Of a stretch of 62,401 nt of DNA, positions 54,213 to 62,401 are shown one piece after another. Position numbers and translations under genes: made by a program. Position 1 is the first letter of the stretch. Each line of letters starts with the position of its first letter. This stretch comes from Acidimicrobiia bacterium (GTDB lineage: Bacteria > Actinomycetota > Acidimicrobiia > Spongiisociales > UBA11373): positions 1 to 62,401 of the forward strand of contig DATDRW010000087.1 of the NCBI GenBank assembly GCA_035291545.1. Direction: 5' to 3'. The notes under the pieces were generated by a model, which saw nothing but the letters and a program-made list of their open reading frames with translations, was not told the DNA's origin and did no database searches.

Positions 54213-55459
54213 ACGTTGAGATCCTCGCCGTCGGAACCGAGTTGCTCCTCGGTCAGATCGTGAACGGCAACGCCGCCGACATCGGTCAACGCCTGGCGGA
54301 AGCGGGATTGGATCACTTTCGCCAGGTGGTGGTCGGCGACAACCTGGATCGCGTCACCGCGGCGATCCGGGAGGCGGCGGGTCGTGCCGACGCCTTGATC
54401 CTCACGGGAGGGATCGGTCCCACTCAGGACGATCTCACCCGCGAGGCGCTGCGGGATGCCGCCGGGGTCCCGATGGACTTCTCCGAGGAGTATGCGGAAC
54501 GCCTGCGGGTGTGGTGGGAGCGCCGGGGCCGGGAGATGCCCGCGACCAACCTGCGCCAGGCCGAGTATCCGCGCGGGGCCGAGATGATCCCCAACGCCAA
54601 GGGGACCGCACCCGGATTGCGGCTCCGCATCGGCGGTTGCTGGGTGTTTGCCCTCCCCGGAGTGCCCCAGGAGATGCTTGCCATGGTCGACGAGCACGTG
54701 GTGCCCTTCCTGGTCGCAGAGGCGGGGGAGGGGGCAGGGGTGATCGTGAGCCATGTGTTGCGCACCTGGGGTGAGTCGGAGTCCCGCATCGCCGAACTCG
54801 TGGGTGACCTGTACGAGGCTCACACCAATCCGACCCTGGCATTTCTCGCCAGCGGTGGTGAGATCAAACTGCGGCTCACCGCCCGGGCCCCGACCCCCGC
54901 CGGAGCCGGGGCGCTGATCGCTCCCGTCGAATCCGAGATCCGCCGTCGGCTGGGGCGGCTGGTCTTCGGTTCCGGCAGCGACACCATCGACCGCATCGTC
55001 CTCGGGCTCTGCGCCGAGCGGGGTTGGACGATCGCCACCGCGGAGTCGGCGACGGGCGGCCTCGTCTCGGCGGCTTTGACCGCCGTGTCCGGGTCCTCCG
55101 CCGTAGTGAGGGGCGGCGTCGTCGCCTACACCGCCGAGGTCAAGGTCGGCGTCCTCGGGGTCGATCGCGGAGTCCTCGACCGATCCGGCGTGGTCAGTGA
55201 GGAGACGGCGCTGGCCATGGCCGCCGGAGCCCGGAGAGCACTGGGTGCCGACGTTGCCGTGGCGATCACCGGTTCCGCCGGCCCCGATGCGCTGGAGCAA
55301 CCTGCGGGAACGATGGTGTTCGCGGTGGAAACTCCCGAGGCGGCGCGGGTGCGGACGCTGCGCTTCCCCGGAGATCGCGAGCGGGTGCGGACGTACGCCA
55401 CGACCGCCGCACTGCACCTGGTGAGGCTCGGAGTCACCGGAGAGTGGTGGCCCCGGTGA
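54209..55459 (+). CDS. cinA: CinA family protein (MoCF-like domain plus nicotinamide-nucleotide amidohydrolase PncC domain)
   Basis: EILAVGTELLLGQIVN, TGGIGPTQDDLT, and ESATGG in the C-terminal domain. The ATGA overlaps the rimO stop. Confidence 0.88.
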   Translation: MNVEILAVGTELLLGQIVNGNAADIGQRLAEAGLDHFRQVVVGDNLDRVTAAIREAAGRADALILTGGIGPTQDDLTREALRDAAGVPMDFSEEYAERLRVWWERRGREMPATNLRQAEYPRGAEMIPNAKGTAPGLRLRIGGCWVFALPGVPQEMLAMVDEHVVPFLVAEAGEGAGVIVSHVLRTWGESESRIAELVGDLYEAHTNPTLAFLASGGEIKLRLTARAPTPAGAGALIAPVESEIRRRLGRLVFGSGSDTIDRIVLGLCAERGWTIATAESATGGLVSAALTAVSGSSAVVRGGVVAYTAEVKVGVLGVDRGVLDRSGVVSEETALAMAAGARRALGADVAVAITGSAGPDALEQPAGTMVFAVETPEAARVRTLRFPGDRERVRTYATTAALHLVRLGVTGEWWPR

Positions 55460-55995
55460 GGGTGTTCGTGGCGGTGCCGGTGCCCGACGAGGTGCGCCAC
55501 CGGATCGTGGCGATGCTCGATGCGGCGGTGGACGTCATTCCGGGACGGGTGGTGCGACCGGGCAACTGGCACGTCACCCTCCGCTTCCTCGGCGACATCG
55601 AGGACGTCTCCTACGAGCTGTTGGTATCCCGTCTCGCCGAGACCGACCTCGGCGGGCGGTTCCGCCTGCGCTGGGCCGGCCTCGGGGCTTTTCCCCGGGC
55701 GGCGCGGGCGACCGTGCTGTGGATCGGTCTCGACCGGGGGGAAGAGGCCTTGTCCGCCTTGGCTGCGACGGTCGACGTCGCCGTGGACCGTGCGGGGTTC
55801 GCACCTGAGGACCGGCCGTTCAACCCCCATCTCACCCTGAGCCGACTGCGCCCTGTCGAGGACGTGTCGGCGCTCGTCACCTCCACGGCGCCGTTTGCGA
55901 TCCCCATGGAGGTGGATCGGGTGACCGTCTACCAGAGCCGTTTGGGGAGTGGCGGCGCCGCCTACCGGGTGCTCGAGGAGTTCCCGCTCACCTGA
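55456..55995 (+). CDS. thpR: RNA 2',3'-cyclic phosphodiesterase (2H family, ThpR/LigT)
   Basis: Two HxT/Sx motifs: WHVTLRFLG and [11 protein letters not shown] 55456 overlaps the cinA stop (GTGA). Confidence 0.85.
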   Translation: MRVFVAVPVPDEVRHRIVAMLDAAVDVIPGRVVRPGNWHVTLRFLGDIEDVSYELLVSRLAETDLGGRFRLRWAGLGAFPRAARATVLWIGLDRGEEALSALAATVDVAVDRAGFAPEDRPFNPHLTLSRLRPVEDVSALVTSTAPFAIPMEVDRVTVYQSRLGSGGAAYRVLEEFPLT

Positions 55996-56014
55996 TGCCC
56001 CGGGGTGGTTGGCA

Positions 56015-56029
56015 TCGAACAGGTGTTCG
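56015..56029 (+). promoter_or_regulatory. LexA (SOS) box upstream of recA
   Basis: TCGAACAGGTGTTCG matches the Gram-positive/actinobacterial consensus TCGAAC-N4-GTTCGA in 11 of 12 specified positions, about 80 nt upstream of the recA ATG. lexA is present at the window edge. Confidence 0.8.
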
Positions 56030-56080
56030 GCTATCGTTACCCGATGGCAGCGAATATCATTCGTGTGATTCACCGAACCG

Positions 56081-56102
56081 TGTCACACCCTGTGCGTACG
56101 GT
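56081..56102 (+). promoter_or_regulatory. RecA-NDp-like promoter motif (TGTCA-N3-N8-TACGGT) immediately upstream of recA
   Basis: TGTCAcac-cctgtgcg-TACGGT compared with the mycobacterial tTGTCRgtg-N8-TAnnnT. The -10-like hexamer ends 6 nt before the recA ATG, and no Shine-Dalgarno is visible. Confidence 0.5.
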
Positions 56103-56108
56103 GCCTGC

Positions 56109-57176
56109 ATGAGTCAGAAGAGTCCCGGAAGGAGCACCGCCGTGGAAGACAAGTCCCTCGAGATGGCCCTGTCGCAGATCGAGCGTCAATTCGGCAAGGG
56201 CGCCATCATGAGGTTGGGCACCGAGAACATCCAGCAGATCGGTGCCATCTCCACCGGTGCGCTGGCACTCGACCTCGCCCTCGGCATCGGCGGCGTTCCC
56301 CGCGGCCGGATCGTCGAGATCTTCGGCCCCGAGAGCAGCGGCAAGACGACGCTGGCGCTCCACATCGTGGCCGAAGCGCAGCGCAACGGCGGTATCGCCG
56401 CCTTCATCGACGCCGAACACGCCCTGGACCCCGGCTACGCCTCGGCGTTGGGTGTCGACGTCGACGAACTGCTCATCTCGCAGCCGGACACGGGGGAGCA
56501 GGCGTTGGAGATCACCGACATGCTGATCCGCTCCGGTGCGCTCGACGTCGTGGTCATCGACTCGGTGGCGGCGCTCGTGCCGCGCGCCGAGATCGAAGGA
56601 GAGATGGGCGAGACCCACATGGGGCTTCAGGCTCGCCTCATGTCCCAGGCCCTCCGCAAGCTCGCCGGGAGCATCAACCGGTCGCAGACCACGGCGGTGT
56701 TCATCAACCAGCTCCGGGAGAAGATCGGCGTCATGTTCGGGAGCCCCGAGGTGACGCCGGGGGGCCGTGCGCTCAAGTTCTACGCCACGGTTCGGATCGA
56801 CATCCGGCGGGTGCAGTCGATCAAGGAGGGCCAGGAGGCGGTGGGCAACCGTGTCGTGGCCAAGGTCGTCAAGAACAAGGTGGCTCCGCCGTTCCGTAAG
56901 GCGGAGTTCGACATCATGTTCGGCGAGGGCATCTCCCGCGAGGGTTCGCTGCTGGACGTTGCGGTCGAGCACGACATCGTGCGCAAGAGCGGTGCGTGGT
57001 ACACGTTCGACGGGGACCAACTCGGTCAGGGACGGGAGAATGCGAAGCACTTTCTCCGCGAGAACCCCGAGGTGGCCGTTCAGCTCCAGGCCCGGGTTCT
57101 GGAGACGGTGGGACTCTCGGGTTCCCGCTCCGGGTCCTTCGACGAATCCGAGGCCAACGATGCCGCCGACGACTGA
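56109..57176 (+). CDS. recA: Recombinase A
   Basis: [48 protein letters not shown]; 355 aa. Confidence 0.97.
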   Translation: MSQKSPGRSTAVEDKSLEMALSQIERQFGKGAIMRLGTENIQQIGAISTGALALDLALGIGGVPRGRIVEIFGPESSGKTTLALHIVAEAQRNGGIAAFIDAEHALDPGYASALGVDVDELLISQPDTGEQALEITDMLIRSGALDVVVIDSVAALVPRAEIEGEMGETHMGLQARLMSQALRKLAGSINRSQTTAVFINQLREKIGVMFGSPEVTPGGRALKFYATVRIDIRRVQSIKEGQEAVGNRVVAKVVKNKVAPPFRKAEFDIMFGEGISREGSLLDVAVEHDIVRKSGAWYTFDGDQLGQGRENAKHFLRENPEVAVQLQARVLETVGLSGSRSGSFDESEANDAADD

Positions 57177-57312
57177 GGGGGTGCCAGACGCAGTGTCGGG
57201 GGCGGGGTACGATGACCGTTCAACGCGCACCAACGATGTGAAACCAGTGTCGGATGTGGCCCCGTTTGGACATGTGAGCGACCAAGTCAGCGGTTGACGA
57301 GGTCTGAGGAGT

Positions 57313-57340
57313 GCGCGTCGAACCCGCGGGTTCGACGCGC
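57313..57340. other. Perfect 28-nt palindrome GCGCGTCGAACCCG/CGGGTTCGACGCGC between recA and rny
   Basis: Read directly. It lies 137 nt after the recA stop and 34 nt before the rny ATG. It contains TCGAAC-N6-GTTCGA and has no U-tract. Confidence 0.9.
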
Positions 57341-57373
57341 CGTGCGTTCCGGGGTCGCCGAGAGGAGCCGCTC

Positions 57374-58906
57374 ATGATGACCGTGATCGTCGCCACGGTG
57401 ACCGCCGTGGTGGCACTGCTGCTCGGCCTCGGTGTCGGGCGCCTCCGGCGGGGGCGGAACGCGGGACAGGCCGGCGTCACCGCCGACGACGTTGTCCGCG
57501 AGGCCCGCCGCCAGGCACAGCGCACCCTCGAGGTTGCGGAGCGTGAGGCGCGGGCCACCGCCGAGGCGTACCGCGAGCGCGAGGCCGCAGCCCTGGACCA
57601 CCGGCGTCTCGAACTGGAGTCGCAGGACGAGCGTTCGGTGCAGCGGGAGGCGACGCTGGAGCAGCGCGCGGCCAATCTGGCACAGCGCGAGACCAACCTC
57701 ATCGAGCGCGAGCGCGAGGCTGTGGAGATTCGACGCCTCGCCGAGGAGTTGCGGGAAGAGGCCCGGGCATCGCTCGAGAAGCTGGCGGGCGTCGACGCCA
57801 AGGCTGCCAAGACGGAGTTGTTGCAGCGGGTCGAGGACGAGGCCAGGCGGGAGGCGATGGTGCTCATGCGAGACCTCGAGATGAGGGCCCGCGAGGAGGC
57901 CGACAAGCGGGCCCGGCGCATCCTCACCACGTCGGTGCAGAGACTCGCCTCAGAGGTGGTGGCGGAGACGACGTTGTCGACGGTAGCGCTGCCCAGCGAC
58001 GACATGAAGGGCAGAATCATCGGACGGGACGGCCGCAACATTCGTGCCTTCGAGGCGGTCACCGGGGTCAACCTCATCGTGGACGACACGCCCGAGGCCG
58101 TAGGGATCTCGGCGTTCGATCCGATACGGCGCGAGGTGGCCCGGATCGCCCTCGAACGCTTGATCGCCGACGGGCGCATTCATCCGGCCTCGATCGAGGA
58201 CGCATACGAGAAGGCGCTCGGCGAAGTGGAGCAGAGCGTGCGGGACGCCGGCGAGTGGGCGATCCTCGAGGTGGGCATCTCCCGGATGCATCCCGAGCTG
58301 GTGAACCTGCTCGGGCGGCTGAAGTACCGCCTCTCGTACGGGCAGAACGTGTTGCACCATCTGATCGAGTCGGGCAAGGTGGCCGGCATGCTTGCCGCGG
58401 AGATCGGCGTCGACCCGGTCGAGGCGCGGCGCGCCGCGTTTCTCCACGACATCGGCAAGGCGGTGAGCCACGAGCTCGGAGGCTCGCATGCCCTCGTGGG
58501 CGCCGAGATCGCCCGCAGGTTCGGAGAGACGCCCGCGATCGTGCACGGGATCGAGGCACATCACAACGAGGTCGAGCCTCGCACCCTGACTGCGGTGATC
58601 GTGCAGGCCGCCGATGCGGTGTCGGCCTCACGCCCGGGGGCGCGTCGCGAGGCGGTGGAGGCCTATGTCCGCAGATTGGAGCAGCTCGAGGCGATCGCCC
58701 GCAGCTTCGCGGGGGTCGAGCGGGTGTACGCCATGCAAGCCGGTCGTGAGGTGCGCGTCGTCGTCGACCCGGGTGCCGTGGACGACCTTGCTGCGTACGA
58801 CCTGGCGCGTCAGATCTCGAAGCGGTTCGAAGAGGAGCTCCAGTATCCGGGTCAGATCGAGGTGACCGTGATCCGCGAGCTCCGGGCCACCGACTACGCC
58901 CGATGA
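57374..58906 (+). CDS. rny: Ribonuclease Y
   Basis: N-terminal membrane helix (MMTVIVATVTAVVALLLGLGVG), a coiled-coil region, KH domain (GRIIGRDGRNIRAFE), and HD domain (FLHDIGKA). GAGGAG lies 6-7 nt upstream of ATG 57374. Confidence 0.92.
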   Translation: MMTVIVATVTAVVALLLGLGVGRLRRGRNAGQAGVTADDVVREARRQAQRTLEVAEREARATAEAYREREAAALDHRRLELESQDERSVQREATLEQRAANLAQRETNLIEREREAVEIRRLAEELREEARASLEKLAGVDAKAAKTELLQRVEDEARREAMVLMRDLEMRAREEADKRARRILTTSVQRLASEVVAETTLSTVALPSDDMKGRIIGRDGRNIRAFEAVTGVNLIVDDTPEAVGISAFDPIRREVARIALERLIADGRIHPASIEDAYEKALGEVEQSVRDAGEWAILEVGISRMHPELVNLLGRLKYRLSYGQNVLHHLIESGKVAGMLAAEIGVDPVEARRAAFLHDIGKAVSHELGGSHALVGAEIARRFGETPAIVHGIEAHHNEVEPRTLTAVIVQAADAVSASRPGARREAVEAYVRRLEQLEAIARSFAGVERVYAMQAGREVRVVVDPGAVDDLAAYDLARQISKRFEEELQYPGQIEVTVIRELRATDYAR

Positions 58907-60282
58907 GCCTCCTGAGCCTTCCCGTCGTTCGCGAGCGCCGGACGCCCACGAGAGTGGGGAAGCGCTATCTGGTGCGCACCTTCGGATGCCAGATGAACGA
59001 GCACGACTCGGAGCGGATGTCCGGTCTCTTCGAGGTGGACGGCATGGTGCCGGCCGACGGTGTCGGCGACGCCGATGTCGTTCTCATCAACACCTGTTGC
59101 ATCCGCGAGAATGCCGACAATCGGCTCTACGGCAACCTGGGGCAGTTGAAGGCGATCAAGGATCAACGACCGGGGATGCGGATCCTCGTCGCCGGTTGTC
59201 TGGCGCAGAAGGACCGCGACGTGGTCAGAGAAAAGGCGCCGTGGGTCGACGTGGTGTTCGGCACCCACAACCTGCACCGCGTGCTCACCCTGCTCGACCA
59301 TGCCGAGGAGTGGGGTCCTGTCACCGAGATCTGGGAAGAGACCGCGTCGCTCGACGACGTTCCGTCGACGCTGCCGACTCGGCGCGAGGTTGCACACTCG
59401 GCGTGGGTGACGATCACGATCGGATGCAACAACGCATGCACGTTCTGCATCGTCCCCATGGTGCGGGGCAAGGAGATCTCGCGCCGTCCCGCCGACATCG
59501 TGCGTGAGGTCCGCGAGCTCGCCGCCGAGGGCGTCGTCGAGATCACGCTCCTCGGCCAGAACGTCAACTCGTATGGCCGCGACCTGGCCGTGGACGGGCG
59601 CAGGCGCCCGATCTTCGCCGACCTGCTGCGTCGGGTCGGCGAGATCGAGGGGATCAGGCGGGTGCGGTTCACCAGCCCCCACCCCAAGGACATTCGGGCG
59701 GACGTCCTCGAGGCGATGGCGGCGACCCCTGCCGTCTGCGAGCAGCTGCACCTTCCCCTGCAGAGCGGGAGTGCTTCGATCCTCCGGGCGATGCAGCGCG
59801 GATACACACCCGAGCGATTCCTCGAGAAACTCCGGCTCGCCGAGGCCACGATCCCCGGGCTGGCGACGTCGACCGACATCATCGTCGGCTTCCCCGGGGA
59901 GACCGACACCGACTTCCAGGCGACGCTCGACGTGATCGCCGAGGCGCGATTCGATGGTGCCTTCATGTTCATCTACTCGCCGCGGGCGGGGACTCCAGCG
60001 GCCGACATGCCGCTTCAGGTGGACCGGGAAGTGGCATCGGAGCGCTTCTCCCGGCTGTCCGTCCTCCAGCAGCAGATTTCGCTGGAGAAGAACCGCGCGC
60101 TCATCGGCGGCACGGTGGAAATCCTCAGCGAAGGACCGTCGCGCAAGGATGCGGCGATGATCACGGCGCGGACCCGGACGAACAAGGTGGTGCATGTTCC
60201 CGGATTCCACCCGTCGGGGTCGTTCCTCGACGCGCGTATCTCGCGGGCGTCGCCCAGCCACCTGATAGGGACCGCGGTCTGA
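58903..60282 (+). CDS. miaB: tRNA-2-methylthio-N6-dimethylallyladenosine synthase
   Basis: TFGCQMNEHDSE, INTCCIRE, the radical SAM motif GCNNACTFCIVP, and a TRAM domain. The ATGA overlaps the rny stop. Confidence 0.92.
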   Translation: MSLLSLPVVRERRTPTRVGKRYLVRTFGCQMNEHDSERMSGLFEVDGMVPADGVGDADVVLINTCCIRENADNRLYGNLGQLKAIKDQRPGMRILVAGCLAQKDRDVVREKAPWVDVVFGTHNLHRVLTLLDHAEEWGPVTEIWEETASLDDVPSTLPTRREVAHSAWVTITIGCNNACTFCIVPMVRGKEISRRPADIVREVRELAAEGVVEITLLGQNVNSYGRDLAVDGRRRPIFADLLRRVGEIEGIRRVRFTSPHPKDIRADVLEAMAATPAVCEQLHLPLQSGSASILRAMQRGYTPERFLEKLRLAEATIPGLATSTDIIVGFPGETDTDFQATLDVIAEARFDGAFMFIYSPRAGTPAADMPLQVDREVASERFSRLSVLQQQISLEKNRALIGGTVEILSEGPSRKDAAMITARTRTNKVVHVPGFHPSGSFLDARISRASPSHLIGTAV

Positions 60283-60296
60283 CGACGATCGCCGCG

Positions 60297-61199
60297 GTGC
60301 TCGGTCCAACCGCAGCCGGGAAGAGCGCGATCGCCATGGCTCTCGCCCGCCGCTTCTCGGCGCACATCGTGTCGGTGGACAGCATGCAGGTCTACCGCGG
60401 CATGGACATCGGAACCGCCAAGCCGTCGGTGTCGGATCGGGCCGAGGTGCCTCACCACCTGATCGACATCGCCGATCCAGCCGAGCCATTTTCCGTGGCC
60501 GAGTTTCAACGGGTGGGGCGTGCCGTGCTGGTGGATGCGGTAGAAGCCGGCCGGCGGGTGGTCATCGTCGGCGGAAGCGGGCTCCATTTCCGTGCGCTCG
60601 TCGATCCGTTCGAGTTTCCCCCGTCGTCGCCGGACGTGCGCGCCGGGATCGAGGCGCTTCCTGCCGCCGAGGCGGTGTCGCGTTTGCTGTCGGCCGACCC
60701 CGACGCCGGTACTCACCTGGATCTAGCCAACCCGAGGAGGGTGAGCCGGGCGCTCGAGGTGTTGGCGCTGACCGGAGACACCCCGGCGGCCAGGGCAGGC
60801 ACTGCCGGGGCAGAGGCCGTGCGTCGCTACCGGGGCGTGTGGCCCGTGGTCGGCCTCGGTGTCGACCCGGGCGGGACCCTATCCGGTCGGATCCGGTCCC
60901 GGTTTGCTGGCATGCTCGCCGCAGGCCTGCTTGCAGAGGTCGCGGCCCTCGCTCCCCGGATCGGGGTCACCGCAGGACAGGGGGTGGGGTACCGCGAACT
61001 GTTGGCGGTGGTACGGGGTGAGTGGACCCTCGAATACGCCACGCGGCGGGCGATCGATGCTTCTACGGCCCTGGGGCGGCGGCAGCGAACGTTTCATCGC
61101 AGGGACCCCCGCATCCGCTGGCTGGAGTGGGAAGATGATGAGTCGTCGCTGGTGGCGCAGGCGATGGCGGTACTCGAGGAGGCGGGATGGACTTCGTGA
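60297..61199 (+). CDS. miaA: tRNA dimethylallyltransferase
   Basis: GPTAAGKSAIAMALA (P-loop), SVDSMQVYRGMDIGTAKP. The annotated GTG leaves only two residues before the P-loop, so the true start may be non-canonical and further upstream. Confidence 0.88.
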   Translation: MLGPTAAGKSAIAMALARRFSAHIVSVDSMQVYRGMDIGTAKPSVSDRAEVPHHLIDIADPAEPFSVAEFQRVGRAVLVDAVEAGRRVVIVGGSGLHFRALVDPFEFPPSSPDVRAGIEALPAAEAVSRLLSADPDAGTHLDLANPRRVSRALEVLALTGDTPAARAGTAGAEAVRRYRGVWPVVGLGVDPGGTLSGRIRSRFAGMLAAGLLAEVAALAPRIGVTAGQGVGYRELLAVVRGEWTLEYATRRAIDASTALGRRQRTFHRRDPRIRWLEWEDDESSLVAQAMAVLEEAGWTS

Positions 61200-61930
61200 A
61201 GATGGAGGGTCTCGGCAACGACTTCGTCGTGCTCGATGGTCCTCTCGTCCCCACCCCCGCCCAGGTGGCCGAGTGGTGCGACCGAAAACGCGGCATAGGC
61301 GGCGATGGGGTGCTCGTGGTGACGGGCGGGGAGACCGTGGAGATGGGGTACTGGAACGCCGACGGCTCGGCGGCCGAGATGTGCGGCAACGGATTGCGGT
61401 GCGTGGCGCTCTATGCGGTATTGCGCGGGATGGTCGGCGGGGACGAGTTCACCGTGAAGACGCCGGTCGGTCCGCGGCGTGTCGTGGTCGGAGAGGGCAG
61501 CGTTCGTGCCGAATTGGGGGCGGTGCAGGTGGGGGAGGACACCGTAGAGATCGCGGGATATCGGGTCATCCCGGTGAGCGTGGGAAATCCGCACGCGGTC
61601 GCCTTCGTCGACGACTGTTTCGCGGTCCCGATCGCGGCCGCCGGTCCTCTCGTGGAGTTCGACCCGGCGTTCCCCGGACGGACGAACGCCGGTTTCGCCA
61701 CCGTGGTCGGCCCGGACCGGATCGACCTTCGGGTGTGGGAGCGGGGAGTGGGCGAGACGCTGGCGTGCGGCACGGGCGCCGTCGCCGCGGTCGCGGCGGC
61801 GCACGCCAGGGGACTGACGGGCGAATCGGTCACCGTCCGGCTCCCGGGCGGCGAGTTGCGCGTCGAACTCGTCGACGGTTGCGCCTGGATCGAGGGTCCG
61901 GCGAGGGTGGTGTACGCCGGGGCGATATGA
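61187..61930 (+). CDS. dapF: Diaminopimelate epimerase
   Basis: KMEGLGNDFVVLD, EMCGNGLRC and LACGTGAVA (two catalytic Cys). It overlaps the miaA end by 13 nt. Confidence 0.92.
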   Translation: MDFVKMEGLGNDFVVLDGPLVPTPAQVAEWCDRKRGIGGDGVLVVTGGETVEMGYWNADGSAAEMCGNGLRCVALYAVLRGMVGGDEFTVKTPVGPRRVVVGEGSVRAELGAVQVGEDTVEIAGYRVIPVSVGNPHAVAFVDDCFAVPIAAAGPLVEFDPAFPGRTNAGFATVVGPDRIDLRVWERGVGETLACGTGAVAAVAAAHARGLTGESVTVRLPGGELRVELVDGCAWIEGPARVVYAGAI

Positions 61931-61956
61931 GGACGATCTGACGACGGAGACGCCGC

Positions 61957-62401
61957 TCAGCGCACCGATCGCAGTACGGCGACGACCTTGCCGATGATCT
62001 CGACGCCGCCGGTGCGCACGATCGGGTCGTAGGCGGGGTTCTCCGGGAGCAGGACGACGCGGCCGGCTTCCCGGCGGAATCGTTTGACGGTCGCCTCCTC
62101 GCCGTCGATGAGCGCGGCGACCAGCTCGCCGTCGTGGGCGTCGGGCTGGCGTCGGATCACGACGAGATCGCGGTCGAAGATGCCGGCCCCAATCATCGAG
62201 TCGCCCTGGACCCGCAGCATGAAGACGGGGTCGTTGCCGACGATCTCGGTGGGCAGTGGGAAGATCTCCTCGATGTCCTCCTCGGCCAGGATCGGCGATC
62301 CGGCGGCGATGCGGCCGACGAGCGGAACGTCACGGACCGGGGCGCGGCGCAGGTCGTGGTCGTGTTGCGGTTCGAGAACCTCGATCGCTCGAGGCTTCGA
62401 C
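61957..62401 (-). CDS. lexA: LexA repressor, C-terminal part (5' end lies outside the window)
   Basis: RIAAGSP (cleavage site), VQGDSM (Ser) and ATVKRF (Lys) of the S24 peptidase domain. The frame stays open upstream of the track's Met (62220) to the window edge. Confidence 0.9.
   Translation of the reverse strand, partial: SKPRAIEVLEPQHDHDLRRAPVRDVPLVGRIAAGSPILAEEDIEEIFPLPTEIVGNDPVFMLRVQGDSMIGAGIFDRDLVVIRRQPDAHDGELVAALIDGEEATVKRFRREAGRVVLLPENPAYDPIVRTGGVEIIGKVVAVLRSVR

Noticed and set aside
56051-56063. Second SOS box candidate CGAATATCATTCG upstream of recA
   Set aside because: The half-sites are GAAT/ATTC with a 3-nt spacer. Both sequence and spacing differ from GAAC-N4-GTTC, so it is probably a fortuitous small palindrome.
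56767-57297. recX candidate downstream of, or overlapping, recA
   Set aside because: The only ORF there is out of frame inside recA and Arg/Ser-rich. The 197-nt recA-rny spacer has no ORF longer than about 9 codons.
57313-57340. tRNA T-arm (GGTTCGA) or canonical LexA operator within the 28-nt palindrome
   Set aside because: No acceptor, D or anticodon arms can be built around it, and the flanks do not pair as a T-stem. The LexA half-sites are spaced by 6 nt, not 4, so it is reported only as an unexplained palindrome.
1-62401. Mobile elements, prophage, genomic island boundaries, rRNA/tRNA genes
   Set aside because: No integrase, transposase, phage structural motifs, flanking direct repeats or tRNA-like structures were seen. 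Intergenic spacers are all under about 200 nt, and composition looks uniformly GC-rich by eye.

Overview
This is a very GC-rich (judged by eye, not computed) chromosomal segment of an Actinomycetota-type bacterium. RNase Y alongside RNase J, MurT/GatD and a DinB/mycothiol-type enzyme hints at a deep-branching lineage such as Acidimicrobiia, but that is unverified. I support about 60 protein-coding genes. I found no rRNA, tRNA, CRISPR array, transposase or integrase.

The right half (about 40-62 kb) is core housekeeping, almost all on the + strand: M16 peptidase, dapB, dapA, rnj, ftsK, a 2-oxoacid dehydrogenase E1a/E1b/E2 set, hisN-like, rimO, cinA, thpR, recA, rny, miaB, miaA, dapF, and a 5'-truncated lexA at the window edge.

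The left half mixes several groups:
- Metabolism: a nucleoside salvage cluster, aminotransferase, aroQ, agmatinase and the liv ABC importer.
- Cell envelope: murT-gatD and lipoproteins.
- The large helicase lhr.
- Poorly characterised modules: a NERD protein coupled to a membrane protein, a predicted PD-(D/E)XK protein, a LOG/DinB-like/BtpA/PPC operon, and an orphan CobS/CobT-like AAA+ plus VWA pair.

Many adjacent genes overlap by 1-4 nt (ATGA/GTGA/TGATG). Long Arg/Pro/Gly-rich antisense ORFs in the track are GC-driven shadows.

The most unusual signal is non-coding. Six intergenic spacers are built from tandem 7-nt units. The unit sequence differs at each locus, three loci carry inverted arms, and one is a run of ten GGG tracts. 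This resembles cyanobacterial STRR repeats, but I know of no described counterpart in this kind of genome.

The second candidate is the AAA+/VWA pair. It lies outside any cobalamin context, and its ATPase shows a reciprocal swap of the Mg-coordinating Walker A and Walker B residues.

All family assignments come from motif recognition by eye. No database search was run.
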